Positions 43,559 to 53,574 of a stretch of 64,000 bases of DNA are shown here, piece after piece; positions within the stretch are counted from its first letter, which is position 1; each line of letters begins with the position of its first letter. The position numbers and the translations under genes were made by a program. Where the stretch lies: assembly GCA_031290545.1 (NCBI GenBank), contig JAITNJ010000012.1:20273-84272 (forward strand), given 5' to 3'. The stretch is from Rhodospirillaceae bacterium. GTDB taxonomy: Bacteria > Pseudomonadota > Alphaproteobacteria > Rhodospirillales > Magnetospirillaceae. The notes beneath the pieces were generated by a model, which was given only the letters and a program-made list of their open reading frames with translations, was not told where the DNA came from and did not search any database.

Positions 43559-44547
43559 AGCATCGATAATACAGGATGTAATATTTTCATAAGAGTTACT
43601 TCATCTTCCCAAATCACTTTAACTCGTAATACACTAATTACATCCCGTTGATGAAATGGAATTCTAACTATATCCTTTGTTGTAGTAACTAAAATAGCAT
43701 CATGAATTTTAGCAAAGTCGATCAATTTGTCAATTTCTGAAATTTTATATGGATGGTGGTCAGGAAAATTGAAAGTTTTAGCAATTTTTGCACCAAGTGT
43801 TTCAAGAGTTTGAAAAAATTTTTTAGGTCGTCCAATTCCGGCAAAAGCTACAACTGTTTTATTTATTAGAATTTTAGCTTCATCTTCTGGTTCTAATTTA
43901 GCTCGCAAAACAGGTTTATCAATTATCAGATCGGCAATAGAATTTCGATCTTCTCCTAAAATAATTACAGCATTTGCTCGTGCTAATGCCAAAGAAACCG
44001 GCTCTCGTAATGGTCCTGCTGGAATGCACCGAAAATTGCCAAATCCAACATGACCGTCAACAACCAAAAAAGATACATCTTTTTTAAGTGAAGAATTTTG
44101 AAAACCGTCATCAAGAATTAAACAAGTTGCACCTTTTTCAACTGCACATTTAGCTCCATCAATACGATTCTTAGAAACCCAACAAGGTGCGATTGATGTT
44201 AAAATCAACGGCTCATCACCTACCAAACTATAATCATGTCTCTTAGGGTCTACCAATATAGGTCCATGTTTTGAGCCACCATAGCCACGAGAAAGAAAAT
44301 GTACACCATATAATTTATTAGCAATTGACAAAGCTATTGGAGTTTTACCAGTACCACCTAGCATAACATTACCAATACAAATAATTGGAATAGTGGCATT
44401 AAAAGGCAAAGTTAGAGCAGTACGACAAATTCCAAACGTTGCCCACATCCAACCAAGTGGCGCTAATATTAATGTCAATAATCCATCTTTTTTCATCCAA
44501 AATTCAGGAAATCGATACATCATGTAAGCATATTTCCTTCTATCCAT
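43555..44547 (-). CDS. lpxK: Tetraacyldisaccharide 4'-kinase
   Basis: 330 aa with GNVMLGGTGKTP (P-loop), FLSRGYGG and LILDDGFQN. An alternative start, ATG 44523, overlaps the waaA TGA as ATGA. Confidence 0.92.
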   Translation of the reverse strand: MDRRKYAYMMYRFPEFWMKKDGLLTLILAPLGWMWATFGICRTALTLPFNATIPIICIGNVMLGGTGKTPIALSIANKLYGVHFLSRGYGGSKHGPILVDPKRHDYSLVGDEPLILTSIAPCWVSKNRIDGAKCAVEKGATCLILDDGFQNSSLKKDVSFLVVDGHVGFGNFRCIPAGPLREPVSLALARANAVIILGEDRNSIADLIIDKPVLRAKLEPEDEAKILINKTVVAFAGIGRPKKFFQTLETLGAKIAKTFNFPDHHPYKISEIDKLIDFAKIHDAILVTTTKDIVRIPFHQRDVISVLRVKVIWEDEVTLMKILHPVLSML

Positions 44548-45797
44548 GGATCGATCTCGGCTAGCACTGCATCCAATATTCCAGATTTAGCAACAGCAAA
44601 ATTTTTAGACTTTTCTTTATGTTGAATCAACAATTTGGGATTTGACAATCTTCGAGATACAGCAACAGTTAAGGCAGTCTCATCAACAACTTGTTCTGCA
44701 AATGAATCATTACACATACGCTCTGCAATTTCAGAAAAATTATCCATATGTGGACCGAATAGAATAGATGCTCCTAACAATGCTGGTTCCAATGGATTTT
44801 GCCCACCCCGTCCTAATAAGCTTTTCCCAATGAAAACAATCGGAGCTAATCGAATGAATAATCCCATTTCACCTAAAGTATCTGCCAATAGAATCTGCGT
44901 TTGTAACGTTACCAATTGACCTGCACATCGTTGCGCAACAACAAAATTTTGTGATATCAATTCTGCAACTATTTTGTTACCACGATTTGGATGTCTTGGT
45001 ACTATAATGGTTAATAATTCAGGGTATTGAATCTGCAAAGCCTTATGAACTCGGCCGATTAACATCTCTTCTCCCGGATGAGTGCTAGCAGCAAGCCAAC
45101 GTGGACGTGAGCCAAGTTGACTAGTTAATTCAGTTAAATTAACTAAATCAACTGGCAATGGTGTCGCTGCAAATTTAAGATTGCCGTAACATAATGCTCG
45201 CTTTGCACCTAAAGCAATTAGTCGCTCGACATCAATTAGCGTCTGGCCTAAGCAAAGAACAAAACCGTTTAATATATACCTTATTATTTGAGAATGTCGT
45301 TGCCATCTAGCAAAAGAACGATCAGAAATACGACCATTTAACAGGATCAGCGGAATGCCATATGTAGCAGTTTCGATTAATAAGTTAGGCCAAAATTCTG
45401 ATTCTGCCAATAAAGCAAGATCAGGACGCCAGTGATCGAGAAATCTACGAACCCACAATAAGCGATCTATTGGCACATATTGATGAATAGCTCCTATTGG
45501 CAATCTATCGATCATTGTCGAAGCTGAAGTAGTAGTTCCTGTAGTAATTAAAACTGTTATCTTGTCACGAGCTTGTAAGTGTTCAATCACAGGTAACATA
45601 GAAATTGACTCACCAATACTAGCAGCGTGTAACCAGATCATACGACCAGATGGCCTTGTTAAATTAGATAAACCTAAACGTTCATTAAGTCGTAAACGAT
45701 CTTCTTTGCCATTTATCATTCGGCGATTTAAATAATATTTAATTAATGGTGTACAAATCGTAATCAATGCTCTATACAAAGGCAGAGCCACTACCAT
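44520..45797 (-). CDS. waaA: 3-deoxy-D-manno-octulosonic acid (Kdo) transferase
   Basis: 425 aa with IWLHAASIGES, GGSLLGRGGQNPLEPA-like (GKSLLGRGGQNPLEPA) and FGPHMDNF. Confidence 0.93.
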   Translation of the reverse strand: MVVALPLYRALITICTPLIKYYLNRRMINGKEDRLRLNERLGLSNLTRPSGRMIWLHAASIGESISMLPVIEHLQARDKITVLITTGTTTSASTMIDRLPIGAIHQYVPIDRLLWVRRFLDHWRPDLALLAESEFWPNLLIETATYGIPLILLNGRISDRSFARWQRHSQIIRYILNGFVLCLGQTLIDVERLIALGAKRALCYGNLKFAATPLPVDLVNLTELTSQLGSRPRWLAASTHPGEEMLIGRVHKALQIQYPELLTIIVPRHPNRGNKIVAELISQNFVVAQRCAGQLVTLQTQILLADTLGEMGLFIRLAPIVFIGKSLLGRGGQNPLEPALLGASILFGPHMDNFSEIAERMCNDSFAEQVVDETALTVAVSRRLSNPKLLIQHKEKSKNFAVAKSGILDAVLAEIDPWIEGNMLT

Positions 45798-45806
45798 TTC
45801 TGTTTC

Positions 45807-46514
45807 CTAATAATCAGTTGTTTTAATTGTATGATGCCCCATTTGACAATCTGCTTGTTTGGTAATTGCGTTAAGACTGGCTTCTAGCGTATTTCTAGCA
45901 ACAAGCAAATCTGTAGAATTTGCCTTACTAGATACTTCTATAACATTTCCCCAAATGAAGATTCCTTCGGAAAATGGTAAGGCAATAAAAAAACGATCCC
46001 AACTATTTAAAAGTCTTCGTCGCTTTGTTGAAAAACTACATGGAACGATTGGATACCCAGATAATTTAGATATTTGAACAATTCCATCTGATGCTCGCAT
46101 CAGTGGACCATGTGGACCATCAGGTGTAATACCAACACAAACTTTTTCTTTTAAAGATTGTAATATAGCTCGAAGTGCAATTCGTCCACCCTTAGAAGAA
46201 GAACCAACTATAGTCTCAATACCAAAATTGCTAATTATTTTAGTAATAACTTTCCCATCCCAATGCTGAGAAATTAACATTCTGATTGGCTGATTGCGGT
46301 TCCAACAATATGGCATCATCAAAATGCGACCATGCCAAAATGCCAAAATAAATGGTCGATTCTGATTCCATAGAGCCTTTGGAACATCACCGCCAACAAT
46401 TTGCCAACGATTAGTTATATAAACAAAACGAATATATTGGGCCGCCAGCCAACAAAGTAACCAATTAATACCCCTTGTTCTAATAAGAGTTTTAATCCTC
46501 CACATGATACTCAA
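45807..46514 (-). CDS. DUF374-family lysophospholipid-acyltransferase-like protein
   Basis: 235 aa with FWHGRILMMPY and ITPDGPHGP, immediately upstream of waaA. I recall this arrangement as typical of alphaproteobacteria. Confidence 0.75.
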   Translation of the reverse strand: MSIMWRIKTLIRTRGINWLLCWLAAQYIRFVYITNRWQIVGGDVPKALWNQNRPFILAFWHGRILMMPYCWNRNQPIRMLISQHWDGKVITKIISNFGIETIVGSSSKGGRIALRAILQSLKEKVCVGITPDGPHGPLMRASDGIVQISKLSGYPIVPCSFSTKRRRLLNSWDRFFIALPFSEGIFIWGNVIEVSSKANSTDLLVARNTLEASLNAITKQADCQMGHHTIKTTDY

Positions 46515-46859
46515 ACTATCATGTTAAAATAATTGTTTATTATATTTCATCTATAGAAATACGATTTTTATCATTGCTAGCAAGTCTTATTAAACAAAAT
46601 TCAATACACATAGCTTTAATACTTATAACAATTTATTAATATAGATAATGTACTAAATGAAATACACTACAATATCAAAATAAGATGAATAACCTATAGA
46701 CAAATAAAATCACCAGCAAAATACAATCACAACAACACTTTCTCAATAAAATCAATAAAAGCATATACGATAGAACAATAAATTTTATGCATTAATTGAC
46801 TCATAAAAAACTTTGATTATTGTTTTAAATAATTAAATCAGTATGTACAGTAAAATATA

Positions 46860-47420
46860 TCATCTTTCTAGCCACCCCTTTTTACGATGAATGATTTGAG
46901 GTGAATTGCCTTCAGATATCGGATTTCCAATCGAAGCGTTTTGTTGTATACGTTCATTTTCTAATTTAGAATCCAATACTTCTCCTGGAGATGGAGTAGT
47001 TTGCCAAAACATAATTTTGTTGCTAAAACTACTATCAGCCTCAATTAAAGAGGTTGTTTCTTCATCAACCTTTTTACGAATGTTAGGATCAATTTGATTG
47101 CCGCCAGCAACAATAGATAAAAGATCTAGCTCACCCTCACTACGATCGTTAGGCACTAACTCATTCTCAATTGAATCCTGTCTTTCTGAAAATAACACAC
47201 TCTTAACTTTATCACGAATCGCCTCTTCTTGTGGTCTTTTCACCCCAAGCATTGGTGGACGTAAATTGTAATCAGGCGGTTGTTCTAATGGTGCCCTAAC
47301 CAATACAGTAAATTCATCTGGAGAAACCTTATCATAGCCTAAGACTCGGCGAGTTTCGCTACAACCAGTTGATATTATAGTGACAAAAAGTGTTATTAAT
47401 ATAAAACGAATCATAGTCAT
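46860..47420 (-). CDS. DUF3035 / BamF-like lipoprotein
   Basis: 186 aa with a signal peptide and lipobox (ITLFVTIISTGC), then GYDKVSPDEFTVLVRAPLEQPPDYNLRPP. I recognise this as the alphaproteobacterial DUF3035 pattern. Confidence 0.65.
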   Translation of the reverse strand: MTMIRFILITLFVTIISTGCSETRRVLGYDKVSPDEFTVLVRAPLEQPPDYNLRPPMLGVKRPQEEAIRDKVKSVLFSERQDSIENELVPNDRSEGELDLLSIVAGGNQIDPNIRKKVDEETTSLIEADSSFSNKIMFWQTTPSPGEVLDSKLENERIQQNASIGNPISEGNSPQIIHRKKGWLER

Positions 47421-47431
47421 ATAAATACTTT

Positions 47432-47959
47432 CTAAGTATCATCAACATTTATATTTGAATTCTTTTTTTTATATATGGAATCAAATACCAAAAATCCAGC
47501 ACCTATGCAAACGGATGAATCTGCAATATTGAAAACTGGCCACCAATCGAAAGCTAGAATATGTACATATAAAAAATCTACCACAGCACCAAAACGAAGA
47601 CGATCAATAACATTACCAATCGCACCACCAATAATCAAACCAAGAGACAATAATATCAGACGATTTGTAGTTTTACTCATCCAAGCAATAAGAATATATC
47701 CAATAATTAACGTTAATATACTGAAAAATAAAACATTATATTTTCCATCATTATTACCAATACCAAAACATGTGCCACGATTCCACGTTAGTACAAAATC
47801 TAGAATCGAAAATACTTTAATTCGCATAGTAGAAAAAAACGGCGTTTCAATAATATTTTCAGGTCTAAAAATAGCAATAATGCTTAATTTACTTACCTGG
47901 TCAATCAACGTTACACTAAAAGCAATAACTAGACCAAAAAAAATATTTTTATTGATCAT
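47432..47959 (-). CDS. lspA: Lipoprotein signal peptidase (signal peptidase II)
   Basis: 175 aa, four transmembrane segments, with NRGTCFGI-like (WNRGTCFGIG), GGAIGNVIDR and FNIADS. Confidence 0.93.
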   Translation of the reverse strand: MINKNIFFGLVIAFSVTLIDQVSKLSIIAIFRPENIIETPFFSTMRIKVFSILDFVLTWNRGTCFGIGNNDGKYNVLFFSILTLIIGYILIAWMSKTTNRLILLSLGLIIGGAIGNVIDRLRFGAVVDFLYVHILAFDWWPVFNIADSSVCIGAGFLVFDSIYKKKNSNINVDDT

Positions 47960-47964
47960 AAAGA

Positions 47965-50829
47965 TTAATTATTCATCGAATATTTAAGAACAGTATCATA
48001 ACAGCGTCCGCACAACCCATCATAATCATAATGCCCAACATCTGGCAACACTTTCCAACATCGTTGACATTTCTCACCATTAGCAGCCCTAAAAACAACA
48101 CCAACGTTAGGAACATCTGGTAGAGTAAACGCTTCTGGTGGAATATTACCGCGTTCAACATCAATTCTTGATGTAATAGTAATTTCTGACAGATCAATGT
48201 CAACTAAATCAATTTCGTAATCTTCACTTATTACAACAATAGGAGCTGCTTGTAGACTCGAACCAATGCGTTTTCCATTACGTTCAATTTCTAGAGCGCC
48301 TGTAACAACTCGCCTTAAATCACGAATCTTTATCCAATTAGATGCTAACGAACTATCACGCCAATTATCAGGTATATTGAAGAATTGTTCAAGATGCACA
48401 CTTTCTAAATTTCCAGAATTGTGTATCAAATAAGCCTCTTCAGCAATAAAACAAAGAAATGGAGCTAACCAACGAGTCAAACAAGTACACAAAAGATCCA
48501 TAACAGTTCTAGTAGCACGACGACGTATATCAGTCAGATGATCGCAATAGAGAGAATCTTTTCGTATGTCAAAATAGAAAGCGGATAAATCAACAGCACA
48601 GAAATTATGTAATTCAAAAAAAAGATTATGAAATTGAAAATCATGACACGCTTGTTTAATTAGATCATCAAGTTCAGTTAATCGATGTAATACCCAACGT
48701 TCAAGTGGTGGAATCATTAATAAATCAAGACGTTCGATCTCATTAAATCCATTAAGTGCGCCTAATAGATATCGTAACGTATTTCGTAAACGTCGATAAA
48801 TATCAATCTGAGTGTTAATAATTTCCGGTCCAATTCGCAAATCTTCAGAAAAATTTGAACAGACTACCCAAAGACGTAAAATATCTGCACCATATTTTGC
48901 AATTATCTCTTGTGGAGCAATTACATTATTAAGAGACTTTGACATTTTACGACCTTTTTCGTCTAAAACAAAGCCGTGTGTCAGTACTGCCTCATAAGGA
49001 GAATGACCATCGCGTGTTCCACAACTTTCTAACAAAGATGAATGAAACCAACCACGATGTTGATCTGATCCTTCCATATAAAGTGAAGCAGGCCAAGGAA
49101 GTCCCCACTTTTCATTTTTAAGAACAAAAGCATGCGTACATCCAGAATCAAACCAAACATCAAGAACATCGTTGACCTGTTCCCAATCTCCTGAACAATA
49201 ATTCTTACCCAAAAAGCGTTCAGGAGGTGAAGTAAACCAACAATCAGCGCCTTCAGCTTCAACAGCAGTGGCAATACGATTGATCACATCTTGATCACGT
49301 AGAATTTTTCCTGTATCTTTTTGAGTAAAAACGGTTATAGGAACACCCCAGGCACGCTGACGTGATATACACCAATCTGGACGATTTTTAACCATTGTAT
49401 AAATACGATTACGCCCCTGAGTTGGCATCCATCGTATTTTATTAATAGCCTCTAAAGCCTTATCCCTAAGATCATTTGTTTTCATACTAATAAACCATTG
49501 AGATGTTGTTCGAAAAATCAATGGCGCTTTTGATCGCCAAGAATGCGGATAGCTGTGTTTAATTTTGCCGTAGTGTATCAAAGTCCCAACTGTTTTTATC
49601 GTATCGACGACTAATTTATCAACAGGTGAATAATATTCACCGTTTTTACCTATAGCCAATACTTGTTGTCCAGCAAAAAGCGGAACAGAAGGATAATATG
49701 CGCCATCTGGCATAACGGTATCAGGAATAGTAAGATCATAGATTTTACCAAGATACCAGTCATCTTCACCATGACCTGGTGCAATATGAACGAATCCGGT
49801 TCCTATATCGTTAGTAACGAAATTACCTGGCAACATAGGTACATCAAATTCATAACCTCCGTATGCTTCTGGATGTGTTCTCAGTGGATGAGATAAAACA
49901 GTATCAATAAATACATCTCCTGATAAACTAGCTATTACGCTAAAGGAAATTACCTTGATATCTTTCATCACTTGATAAGTAAGATTTTCACTAAGTACTA
50001 AGTGTTCACCTAGAATAGCTAGGCTATCTTTTTCTATACGATCGACTCTACATACATGATATGTTATAGAAGAATTAAAGGCAACAGCACGATTTCCTGG
50101 TATAGTCCATGGTGTAGTTGTCCAGATAACTATTGAAGCGCCTTTAAGTTCTAAACAATTAGTTTTGACTATAAGAAATCGCACCCAAATAGCTATCGAT
50201 GTATAATCTTGATATTCAACTTCAGCTTCGGCTAAAGCGGTTTTCTCAGCTACTGACCATAATACTGGTTTAGTTCCTTTATAAAGCCCACCATTCATAA
50301 CAAACTTGCCTAGTTCACGTACTATTTGTGCTTCGGCAGTGAAAGACATAGTAGTGTATGGATTATCCCAATCACCCTCAATTCCGAGACGTTGAAATTC
50401 TGCTTTTTGAATTTCGATCCAGTAAGTAGCAAAATCCCGACATTCTTTGCGAAATTCAATAAGATCGACAGTATCTTTATTTATTCCAATCTTACGATAT
50501 TTCTCTTCAATCTTCCATTCAATAGGCAATCCATGACAATCCCAACCTGGAACGTAGTGCGCATCTTTACCAAGCATTTGTTGACACCTATTAATCACAT
50601 CCTTCAAAATTTTATTAAAAGCGTGACCAATATGTAAATGACCATTAGCATACGGTGGTCCATCGTGTAGAACAAATTTTTCACAACCGCTAGCTTGTTT
50701 TCGTAATTTTTCAAATAAATGAATCTCTTTCCATCGTGATAATATCTTAGATTCTAATTCAGAAAAATCAGCTTTCATCTGAAAATTAGTCTTTGGCAAA
50801 AAAATAGTGCTCTTATAATCAATGATCAT
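47965..50829 (-). CDS. ileS: Isoleucine--tRNA ligase
   Basis: HDGPPYANGHLHIGHAFNK (HIGH), KMSKSLNN (KMSKS) and a C-terminal zinc-finger CQRCWK...CGRC. I prefer ATG 50829 (MIIDYKSTIFLPKTNFQMKAD). The track start at 50853 would overlap ribF by 8 nt. Confidence 0.96.
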   Translation of the reverse strand: MIIDYKSTIFLPKTNFQMKADFSELESKILSRWKEIHLFEKLRKQASGCEKFVLHDGPPYANGHLHIGHAFNKILKDVINRCQQMLGKDAHYVPGWDCHGLPIEWKIEEKYRKIGINKDTVDLIEFRKECRDFATYWIEIQKAEFQRLGIEGDWDNPYTTMSFTAEAQIVRELGKFVMNGGLYKGTKPVLWSVAEKTALAEAEVEYQDYTSIAIWVRFLIVKTNCLELKGASIVIWTTTPWTIPGNRAVAFNSSITYHVCRVDRIEKDSLAILGEHLVLSENLTYQVMKDIKVISFSVIASLSGDVFIDTVLSHPLRTHPEAYGGYEFDVPMLPGNFVTNDIGTGFVHIAPGHGEDDWYLGKIYDLTIPDTVMPDGAYYPSVPLFAGQQVLAIGKNGEYYSPVDKLVVDTIKTVGTLIHYGKIKHSYPHSWRSKAPLIFRTTSQWFISMKTNDLRDKALEAINKIRWMPTQGRNRIYTMVKNRPDWCISRQRAWGVPITVFTQKDTGKILRDQDVINRIATAVEAEGADCWFTSPPERFLGKNYCSGDWEQVNDVLDVWFDSGCTHAFVLKNEKWGLPWPASLYMEGSDQHRGWFHSSLLESCGTRDGHSPYEAVLTHGFVLDEKGRKMSKSLNNVIAPQEIIAKYGADILRLWVVCSNFSEDLRIGPEIINTQIDIYRRLRNTLRYLLGALNGFNEIERLDLLMIPPLERWVLHRLTELDDLIKQACHDFQFHNLFFELHNFCAVDLSAFYFDIRKDSLYCDHLTDIRRRATRTVMDLLCTCLTRWLAPFLCFIAEEAYLIHNSGNLESVHLEQFFNIPDNWRDSSLASNWIKIRDLRRVVTGALEIERNGKRIGSSLQAAPIVVISEDYEIDLVDIDLSEITITSRIDVERGNIPPEAFTLPDVPNVGVVFRAANGEKCQRCWKVLPDVGHYDYDGLCGRCYDTVLKYSMNN

Positions 50830-50845
50830 AATTGTTATCCACTCA

Positions 50846-51808
50846 TTATTCATCTATAATTTGAATATCATTTGATTTCAAAATCTGACTGGCTAATTTA
50901 CTATCTTCTTCTATTTGTATCTTAAGTGCTTGAATATTATTGAATTTTATCTCTGGGCGTAAATATTCAATAAGACTAACACGTAGATAACGACCATAAA
51001 TATCTTCGTTAAAATCAAATAAATGAACTTCAAACAAAACAACTTGCTCACTAAAAGTTGGCTGTACACCAAAATTTGCGACACCAGGAAACCATTCAAT
51101 AGAATTGTTGCGATCAATTCCTGCCATTACAGCATAAACACCAGTAGCTGGATATAAATATTTCGACATTTTAATATTTGCAGTTGGAAAACCAATAACA
51201 CATCCACGTTTGTTGCCGTGTTCAACTCGTCCTTCAATTTCCCAGTTATGACCGAGTAAATGAGCAGCTTTTCGTGGAAATCCAGATATTAAATACTCAC
51301 GAATCCTTGTAGAAGAATAAAGAGTATTTTGTTTGTCTGCAATAGGATCAATACAAGTAACAGTATATTTATAATATTGTGCCATTTTACGCAGCAAAGC
51401 CACATTTCCAATACGATCGTGACCAAATACATAATCATAACCAACAACAACATGTCTAATATCAAGACTAGCAACTAAAACTTGAAGGATAAACTTTTCC
51501 GCAATATATTCAGAGAATTTACAATTGAATCTTTGCATCAATATAAAATCAGGTTTTAGAGACTCGATTAATCTTACTTTAGTGCGAAATGGAGTAAGTC
51601 GAAATGCCTTTACTCTAACATCAAACAACTCACGCGGATGCGGTTCGAAGCTCATTACACCACAAGCAACGCATTTGGTTACTGATAGCATCTTCGCTAC
51701 TTTAATAATTTTTTGATGACCAAGATGAACACCATCGAAGTTACCTAGCGCAATCACACTTCCACGTAGAAAACCAGGAAATTCGACATAATGACGAATT
51801 ATACGCAT
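50846..51808 (-). CDS. ribF: Bifunctional riboflavin kinase / FMN adenylyltransferase
   Basis: 320 aa with ALGNFDGVHLGHQKII, GFPTANI and EVHLFDF. Confidence 0.94.
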   Translation of the reverse strand: MRIIRHYVEFPGFLRGSVIALGNFDGVHLGHQKIIKVAKMLSVTKCVACGVMSFEPHPRELFDVRVKAFRLTPFRTKVRLIESLKPDFILMQRFNCKFSEYIAEKFILQVLVASLDIRHVVVGYDYVFGHDRIGNVALLRKMAQYYKYTVTCIDPIADKQNTLYSSTRIREYLISGFPRKAAHLLGHNWEIEGRVEHGNKRGCVIGFPTANIKMSKYLYPATGVYAVMAGIDRNNSIEWFPGVANFGVQPTFSEQVVLFEVHLFDFNEDIYGRYLRVSLIEYLRPEIKFNNIQALKIQIEEDSKLASQILKSNDIQIIDE

Positions 51809-52344
51809 ATAAATCTAATCGTCCGCACACTTTTGAGAACGATAGCAATTATTCGATTTCTATCCAAATGAAACAATTCTTGTTCAGAAAAATAATTATA
51901 TATTAAAAACAGCACTTTGAATTATTTTAAATCATCATCAATGTACAAATTACACAAAAAATAGAAAGCCTATACTAAGTTTTCATAAATCATGTCAACT
52001 GTCATATAATTCTAGAATTTGCTCATTTATTAACCAACAACATATTCAGAAATTTACTAATTTTGAGTATTGAGTCTTTGTAATTAACAATCGTTGTTGT
52101 TATATCATATCTTTTTTATATCTCCAATAATGTTTTGATCGATGTTAATACCATAAGAAATTTATATAAATTTCACATTTAAAAATCTTTTTTTCAATTA
52201 TTATGATAATAATTCTCTGATTATTTGATATTTAAGAGATCGCTAAAACAATTCCAATAGTTCTTATTTCACGATTAAATAAAATGAACTAGTAACATAC
52301 TAAGATATAATTTTTATACTAATTTTCAACAAGATTTATTTGAT

Positions 52345-52998
52345 ATGGACTTGCTTTCAAAAAAGCATAATTATCTTTCTCGTTTTGGCACTTCAACACA
52401 ACGTGTAATACGGGCAATCGATCAAATTAAAAACAGCGGTGGTGTCATCGTGATTGATGACGAAAATCGTGAAAACGAAGGTGATATCATTTATTCTGCA
52501 GAGACTATTACTACAGAGCAAATGACTCTTTTAATTCGTGAATGTTCTGGTATTGTATGTCTTGTATTAACTGCTACACGACTAAAAATTTTAGGATTAC
52601 CACAAATGGTTGAAAATAATACATCAGCTTTTGGCACTCCGTTCTCCGTTAGCATTGAAGCTCGCAATGGTGTTACAACTGGAGTTTCGGCAAATGATCG
52701 TGTAACCACCATTCGAACTGCTATATCTAATGAAAACGGACCTAACTCTTTAGTTAGTCCAGGACATGTATTTCCACTACGAGCTCACCCTGAAGGTCTT
52801 TTAGGTCGTCGCGGACACACAGAAGCAGCTCTAGAATTAATGTTTCTTGCTGAACGAACTCCAGCAAGTGTATTGTGTGAAGTAATGAATCGTGATGGTT
52901 CGATGGCTAGATTGCCACAATTAGTTAATTTTGCTAATCGTTTTCAGATGCCATTAGTTAGTATTGAAGATCTAATATCTTATAAAATTAGATCTTAA
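52345..52998 (+). CDS. ribB: 3,4-dihydroxy-2-butanone-4-phosphate synthase (stand-alone, no GTP cyclohydrolase II domain)
   Basis: 217 aa with VIDDENRENEGDIIYSAE, GIVCLVL, PGHVFPLRA, RRGHTEAALEL. Confidence 0.94.
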   Translation: MDLLSKKHNYLSRFGTSTQRVIRAIDQIKNSGGVIVIDDENRENEGDIIYSAETITTEQMTLLIRECSGIVCLVLTATRLKILGLPQMVENNTSAFGTPFSVSIEARNGVTTGVSANDRVTTIRTAISNENGPNSLVSPGHVFPLRAHPEGLLGRRGHTEAALELMFLAERTPASVLCEVMNRDGSMARLPQLVNFANRFQMPLVSIEDLISYKIRS

Positions 52999-53194
52999 TT
53001 TATAATTATATGCAACAAATATTCAGTTAATAACTGATCCTTTATTCTATAACTACAAGTTTTATACCTTACTATACATTCTATTGGAATTGATTTTTTA
53101 ATTGACAAATTATTTAAAATCTAGACAATTTAGTTGTTATTACTATTAACACTTTAGATCTATGTATTTTAAAAATTACAAATTGGAGTATTTA

Positions 53195-53428
53195 ATGATT
53201 CTCTATAGCATTAAGTGTAGTAATAACCATGTTTTCAAAGAATGGTTCTTAAATTATAAAGACTGTGATCTAAAAATAGCTTCCAATAAAATTAATTGTC
53301 CGGAATGCAATGATCATCGAGTGACTAAAGAAATAATGGCACCATTTGTTGGAAAAAATGCTCAGAAAGAATTGCAATGCTGCCAGAATAAACAATCGCA
53401 ATGTAAGTATGTTTGTAATAATAATTAA
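53195..53428 (+). CDS. DUF1178-family zinc-ribbon protein (short form)
   Basis: MILYSIKCSNNHVFKEWF...CPECNDHRVTKEIMAP matches the DUF1178 N-terminal pattern. GGAG lies 6 nt upstream of ATG 53195, and the track start at 53162 is less likely. It is only 77 aa. Confidence 0.65.
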   Translation: MILYSIKCSNNHVFKEWFLNYKDCDLKIASNKINCPECNDHRVTKEIMAPFVGKNAQKELQCCQNKQSQCKYVCNNN

Positions 53429-53539
53429 TAATGTTTTAAATTCAATTAATCATTGATAAATAAACATTATGAAATCATAAAACTTAAACAAGATAGCCAT
53501 GTTTATCACGTTCTAATCTTAGATTATCTTAATAAAACA

Positions 53540-53574
53540 AAAATAGATTATAAATTTCAATTATAATCTATTTT
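53540..53574 (-). terminator. 14-bp stem / 7-nt loop AT-rich hairpin whose loop contains the lepA stop codon; putative terminator
   Basis: aaaatagattataa-atttcaa-ttataatctatttt is perfectly complementary. On the lepA strand it is followed by tgttttatt. Confidence 0.4.

Noticed and set aside
47475-47987. 170-aa ORF on the + strand
   Set aside because: It is antisense to lspA and the ileS 3' end. lspA has clear signal peptidase II motifs, so this is a shadow ORF.
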